A DNA stretch of 64,000 nucleotides, from contig NC_042997.1 of the NCBI RefSeq assembly GCF_006345805.1, positions 109,368,001 to 109,432,000 on the forward strand. Direction: 5' to 3'. Source of the stretch: Octopus sinensis. Its lineage: Eukaryota. This document shows positions 57,037-64,000 of the stretch, piece after piece. The position numbers and the translations under genes are program-made. The notes beneath the pieces are model-generated. The model searched no databases and was not told the origin of the DNA. It saw only the letters and a list, made by a program, of their open reading frames with translations. Each line of letters begins with the position of its first letter. Positions within the stretch are counted from its first letter, which is position 1.

Positions 57037-57376
57037 TGTATGTATGTATGTATGTATGTATGTATGTATGTATGTATGTATGTGCGTATGTATGTATGTA
57101 TGTATATATGTATGTATGTATGTATATATGTATGTATGTATGTATTTATGTATGTATGTATGTATGAAATTATGTATGTATGTATGTATGAATGTATATA
57201 CGTATGTATGTATGTATGTATATACGTATGTATGTATGTATGTATGTATGTATTTATGTATGCATGTATTTATGTATGTATGTATGTATATATGTATGTA
57301 CGTATATATGTATGAAATTATGTATGTACGTATGTATATAAGTATGTATGTATGTATGTATGTATGTATGTATGTA
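57007..57376. repeat. (TATG)n microsatellite
   Basis: Directly visible. Confidence 0.97.
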
Positions 57377-58219
57377 TTCTTCTGTTTTTTAATTATTTAA
57401 TTTCTTCCTTTCGCGGAAGGAGCTGTATTCTAACAAAAATATAACACCCCATCGTTACAATGTAGATAACGAAAACAATGTCACATTTTGAACTTGAGAA
57501 ATGTCTTGCATATTTTTACTGTTCCGCTTACAGTTATTATTTATAATGTCCTTGTTAGTTGGTTGATTATTTTTTTCTTTTTCATTTTTTGCTTTCTGAA
57601 AATCCTGGTCTTTTCTGCGTGGAATTGTCTGTGCTTTATTGACAATTTAATCAGAACCATCTAATCAATTTTTCTGAAATAATTGTATTCACGTGTATTT
57701 TCTCCAGAATATTCATCGATTTTAAAGACGGGTTAGGTTATTTTCGAGGGAAATTTTGCTGAAGGTTTGAGAACAAGACAATTTAGACGCCAAGAGAAAA
57801 TTGCTCACTGCGACAATATTAATAAACTACCTAATTATTATAAATTAATACAATAATTAAATATAATGTGCATTTCGTCCTAAGTTCCGTTTTTTTTTTA
57901 TGTATAAAACAATTGTGAATTGTGCACGTGAGATATTGTTAATTCAATGGCGGCTACAACGTCAATAATTTGTGTAATTATTTGGGTCGTTGCTAAAACG
58001 AAAAAAATTTTCGTATTATTGTTAGTAATAATTAACATTAATGATATAGTCAAGTAAGGTTTCTTAATTATTGTAATTATATACAGCTTTCTCATTTCGT
58101 GTCATGATGTAATTTGTAAGTCTTGGTTTAGTGTATACCGGCAATGACATCATCATCATCGTCATCATCAAAAACAATAATAATGATAATAGTAAAAATA
58201 ATAACAAGAATAATAGTGA

Positions 58220-58610
58220 TTCATTCTAATTTTGTCACAAGGCCTGTAATTCTAAGTTGAGCTGTGGGTAAATTGATTACATCGACCCCAATACTCAGCT
58301 GGTACTCATTTTTATCGACCTTCAAAAAGATGAGAAGTGAATTTGATTTTGGCCGAATTTGAACTCAGAACGTAAATACCCAGAAGAAAAAAGCTGCATT
58401 GTATTCAGTCCGGCGCGCAACAACAACAACGACGACGGTTTCAAATTTTGGCACAGAGCCAGCATTTGTTCAGGGGAGGAGGGGAAGCCCATTACAGATG
58501 AATTACGATAAATGACCCCAGATAAAATAAATACGAGCTGAGCTGGTACTTATTTTATCGACCTCAGTAGAATTTGAACTCAGAACGTAAGGACGGACGA
58601 AATGCCGCAA
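58220..58610 (-). mobile_element. Two degenerate SINE family A copies
   Basis: GAATTTGAACTCAGAACGTAA and CTGGTACT...ATCGACC motifs occur twice. Confidence 0.75.
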
Positions 58611-60432
58611 TGGGGACAAAGAAGAAATAGCACACGTTTCAGATATTTGTCTTTCTTCATCGAGAGAGTGAGAGAGAGGTAGGAGTGAAAGAGAGAGAGG
58701 TGGAGAGAAAAGAGGAAAATGGTGTCATTTCGGTGTGGAACTTGTAATGAGGAAGTGTAATTAGTGATATGGTCGATAGGGGGATGGGGAAGAGAAGTGT
58801 CAGGGCATGGAAGTGCAACTTGTGACAAGGTCCAGATAAGTTGATATGAAATGGAAATGATGAGGGTCAGGCCAAAGGAAGTAAAGAGGGGGAGTATGAA
58901 TGTAAAAATAAAATGGGGACAGGACAGAATGGGACGATTGGGCGTTGCATTTTGGGCGCTGATGATGTGGGGTGGCTGACTGGACATCGAACCGGTTTTG
59001 ACGATTGAACGTTTTGGTACTGGAGACAAACAGACATGCGCGCGCACGCAGAAATATGGTCATACAGATTGACATAAATAGTTTCTCTTTCTTCAAACAT
59101 ATAAACATGGTCACAGACATAAAGGCGGGGAGAGAGGGGGAAGAGAGGAGGGATAGGGGGAGACAGATAGACAGTGTGTGTGAGAGAGAGAGAGCGAGAC
59201 AGACAGACAGACAGATAGACAGACAGACAGAGGAAAGGAAAGAACGAGAGAAACATTACAACGTCTGACGTCAAATAAGTCGGCTTGGAATTATTGACGC
59301 CAGAAAGGCGGCGCCGACACGGCTGAACTGAAACATGTCTTACCCTGACCAAAACACGTACACAATAACACCGACATCTGCAACGAATCCACAAAGTGGA
59401 AGACAAAAGGGATGAGAAGGGTCAACTTTCAGAGGGATAATATCTGAAAATTAGTTATCAGTATATGAAGAATATCTTGAAAATTAATAAAATACTAAGG
59501 AATTAAGAGGAATTATATGAGCAAAATACTCCATTAAGATGAGTACAAATGCCTACAAGTCTGAGAAAAATCTTAGAAGGTATCATAGATGAGTACAGTA
59601 AATTGAAACGCTTCGAAAACATGTCCTTCTTCAGAGTGAAAGAATGTATAGAGCTTCTTACTGCCTAAGTTGGAAATCTTCAGATGTCGGTATGATTGAA
59701 GTAAAGTAGTGATGTGTGAGGGTTGCTATGTGAGGGGAAGAAAAATAATCAGAAATGTGAGATTTATGGGAAGCGACGCAAGTAGCGTAGGAGTAAGTCT
59801 TCAAACCTTTTCAATTAGACTGGAAATTTTTAGAAACTTTTCGACTCCTCGCACATATCTTTACTTCCTCCCACATCCTGCATTTCGCAATCCACGTACA
59901 TCATTTCTGGTTTGTTTATCTCACTCTTTTCCCCAACACACCAATTACTGTGTAACCTCCCCCACTACTTTAGTCCCTCTCAAGTCCATTCCATAAAATG
60001 TAGCTGTCTGTGGTCCTATTCAAGTTACAAAGCGATTGATATAACTGTTATTTGATATCATAAATGTAAAAATTTTGTAACTCAAAATATCTGATTTTAA
60101 AATAAAGATGTTCAACAAAAGAGAAAATGAAAAGCGCTTGATAATTTCTTCTGAGAATTCATGAGCTTTCACCTGTAAAATATCGTTCTAGAAATTTAAC
60201 TCACCTACATATCTGTGAAATGCACGCTTCTTCCAATAATAAACGAAACAAAGGTGTTTCGGTGCAATCTGATTTGATGTCATTTTCATTATCGAAGAAC
60301 ATTTATTCCCTAAAAAAACAAGAATTCGCTCAAAACTCGAGAAGTGACGCAAACGGAACCAAGCGAATAGATTTGGTGGTTATACTTTAGAACATGTATC
60401 AAGTAACATTTAGGTCAATCGTTATTTAAAGT

Positions 60433-60464
<32 letters not shown>

Positions 60465-60471
60465 GTGTGTA

Positions 60472-60808
60472 GGTGCAATGGCGCAGTGGTTAGAGTAGCG
60501 GACTCGCGGTCATAGGATCACAGTTTCGATTCCCAGACCGGGCTTTGTGGGAGTTTATTGAGCGAAAACACCAGAAGCACCACGAGGTTCCGGCAAGGGG
60601 TGGTGGTGAACCCTGCTGTATTCTTTCACCACAACTTTCTCTCACACTTTCTTCCTGTTTCTGCTGCACCAGTATTTCAAAGGGCCAGTTTTGTCACACA
60701 CGTGTCAGTGGAGTGCTCAGCCACTTGCACGTTAATTTCACAAGCAGGTTGTTCTGTTGATCCGATCATCTGGAAACCTCGTCGTCGTAACCGACAGAGT
60801 GACACGAA
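60472..60808 (+). mobile_element. tRNA-derived SINE, family C
   Basis: GGTGCAATGGCGCAGTGGTTAGAGTAGCGGACTCGCGGTCATAGGATCACAGTTTCGATTCCC head followed by a non-tRNA body. Confidence 0.85.
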
Positions 60809-60903
<95 letters not shown>

Positions 60904-61575
60904 AGAGAGAGAGATGCATATTTGTGCGTGGTGTGTGTATGTGTGTGTTGTGCGTGCGTATGTGTATCCATAGACGCATACATTTCCGATGCAAAGGCAG
61001 CCATACATAGACATGTAGACATATTTATGTAATTGTAGAAAATGAAGGACAGAGACAAAAAGGCAGACAGACAGGCAGGCAGAAAACGTGCGATACAGAA
61101 GTTGCGATCACGTGACTCGTCAATATTATCGACGCGCGGAACGCAATTATATCTAAAGTAATCTAATTTGATGTAACGAAACAAAAAAAAGGTAAAAGCA
61201 TAACAAAATATACAAACAAAAACTATAACAAGAACAATGGATAAAACCATCGGCGTCTGGAAGTCACTTCAACTGACGTAATCGAAGCGTTAATTATATT
61301 GATGAGCTGTAGCGATTGGATTGAGAAAAAGTGGAAAAAGAAACGCACGACAAAAAAACAACCTAATGATGGAGAAAAGAGACACGAGCTTCTTTGTCGA
61401 TGTATTTTATGGTGGAGAAGAACTGATGTTTAAAGATCTGGAAATATGTCTTGGAATATTTAGGTTCGGGTTTCGATGGCAAAACTTTCAACTTTATACT
61501 TCAGCTTGAAAATTGTTATTATTGATTATATAGTTGTTATTGTTGTTGTTATTGCTGTTGTTATTGTTATTGTTG

Positions 61576-61653
<78 letters not shown>

Positions 61654-61705
61654 CATTATTATTATTATTATTATTATTAATATTATTATTATTGTTATTA
61701 TTATT

Positions 61706-62649
<944 letters not shown>

Positions 62650-62691
62650 TATTACTATTATTATTATTTATTATTATTATTATTATCATCA

Positions 62692-62746
<55 letters not shown>

Positions 62747-63092
62747 CATTATTATTATTATTATAGCTATTATTATTATTTCATTCTTGCTTAACGACAT
62801 TTCTTCTGGCTCTTTACGTTCTGACTTGGAGAAACGTCGACACCGACTTTGCCGTCCATCCTAACGCAGTCGATAAAATGAAATATCAATCGGATACAGG
62901 AGTCAATATACTTAATTAGTCCTGCGCCTACCTCTAAAATCCCTGGATTTATGCCAAATACGAATCTATTATCACCAACACCACCACCACCACGAGCATC
63001 ATCATCATCGTTATCATCGATATCATCATCATAATTACCAACAACAACAGCAATAATAATAATAATAATAATAATATAATAATAATAATAAT

Positions 63093-63123
<31 letters not shown>

Positions 63124-63436
63124 TCCGGTTTGTTGTTGAGAAGTGATTGAAGGAGCATGATGTAGGAACAGAAACTCTAAGAAGACGTTTTTTATCCAAT
63201 TAGCAGAACTGTGTTAAAATATGGCATCAACCGTCATTGTTTATTGATTAAAATCAGCTGGCAGAAAGAACTTCTCGGCTTCCATAAAATGACAGCAGAA
63301 AGTATGGAAACAAACAAATCAACAATGATTACGATGTGTGGTGGGTTCTGTGTTTGACTGATTACGCGAGTGTATGTGTCTGTGTGTGTGTGTGTGTATT
63401 TGGGTATATGCGTGTGTTTGAGTGTGTCAGTGCCTG

Positions 63437-63473
<37 letters not shown>

Positions 63474-63554
63474 ATATGCATGTGTATACACATATACGCT
63501 CACAATTACACATACGAACACAGATACAAGCATACACACACATATACATACATG

Positions 63555-63597
<43 letters not shown>

Positions 63598-64000
63598 TCA
63601 CACACGCACGTACATAATACATATATATATGTATGTATATATATATGTATATATATATATGTGTGTGTATTTATATGTACATATACACACACATATATTT
63701 TGTATATATATATATATTATATATATATATACAGCTGGATCAATCTAAAATGTCAATTAATTAGAGAAATATTTTGAACCTGTTACTCTTATTCAAAAAT
63801 AACTAATTAGACCCAATCTCTTCGGACAGGATTCTCTCACATTATTATCTTTCTTTTTTTAATTCATCTATTTGCATTTCATCTCCTTCCTACCTTTCAC
63901 TCTCTCTTCCCCACCCCCACCCCCACACACTCTCTCGCGCTGAACACACACACACACACATACACACACTCATTCGGTTTTATAATTCTATTTCGATGTT

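Noticed and set aside
58630-59640. Further PLE remnants and hammerheads (also about 32950-34140)
   Set aside because: Only partial cores and weak peptide resemblance; too decayed to call by eye.

Overview
Eukaryotic, AT-rich, very microsatellite-dense DNA. The SINE families and repeat landscape suggest a coleoid cephalopod, probably Octopus (inference). Only one host gene is supported: an uninterrupted 307-aa secreted CAP/SCP (CRISP-like) ORF with EGF-like and ShKT-like modules (12..935). The rest is repeats: three tRNA-derived SINE families, R4/Dong-type RLE LINE fragments, two Tx1/L1-type LINE 3' ends, an RTE-like remnant, Penelope-like (PLE) remnants, two non-autonomous Helitrons, a fold-back mariner derivative and a SINE-derived 34-bp minisatellite. 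Two patterns stand out. First, retroelement families partition the microsatellites: Tx1 sits in (GATA)n, R4/Dong in (TAA)n or (TACA)n, and PLE-type elements in (TA)n. Second, about 12 minimal type-I hammerhead ribozyme motifs lie in short non-coding, often fold-back elements, one with a Pol III B-box. Nearly all other ORF-track entries are microsatellite translations. Family assignments come from manual motif reading, and boundaries of degenerate repeats are approximate.
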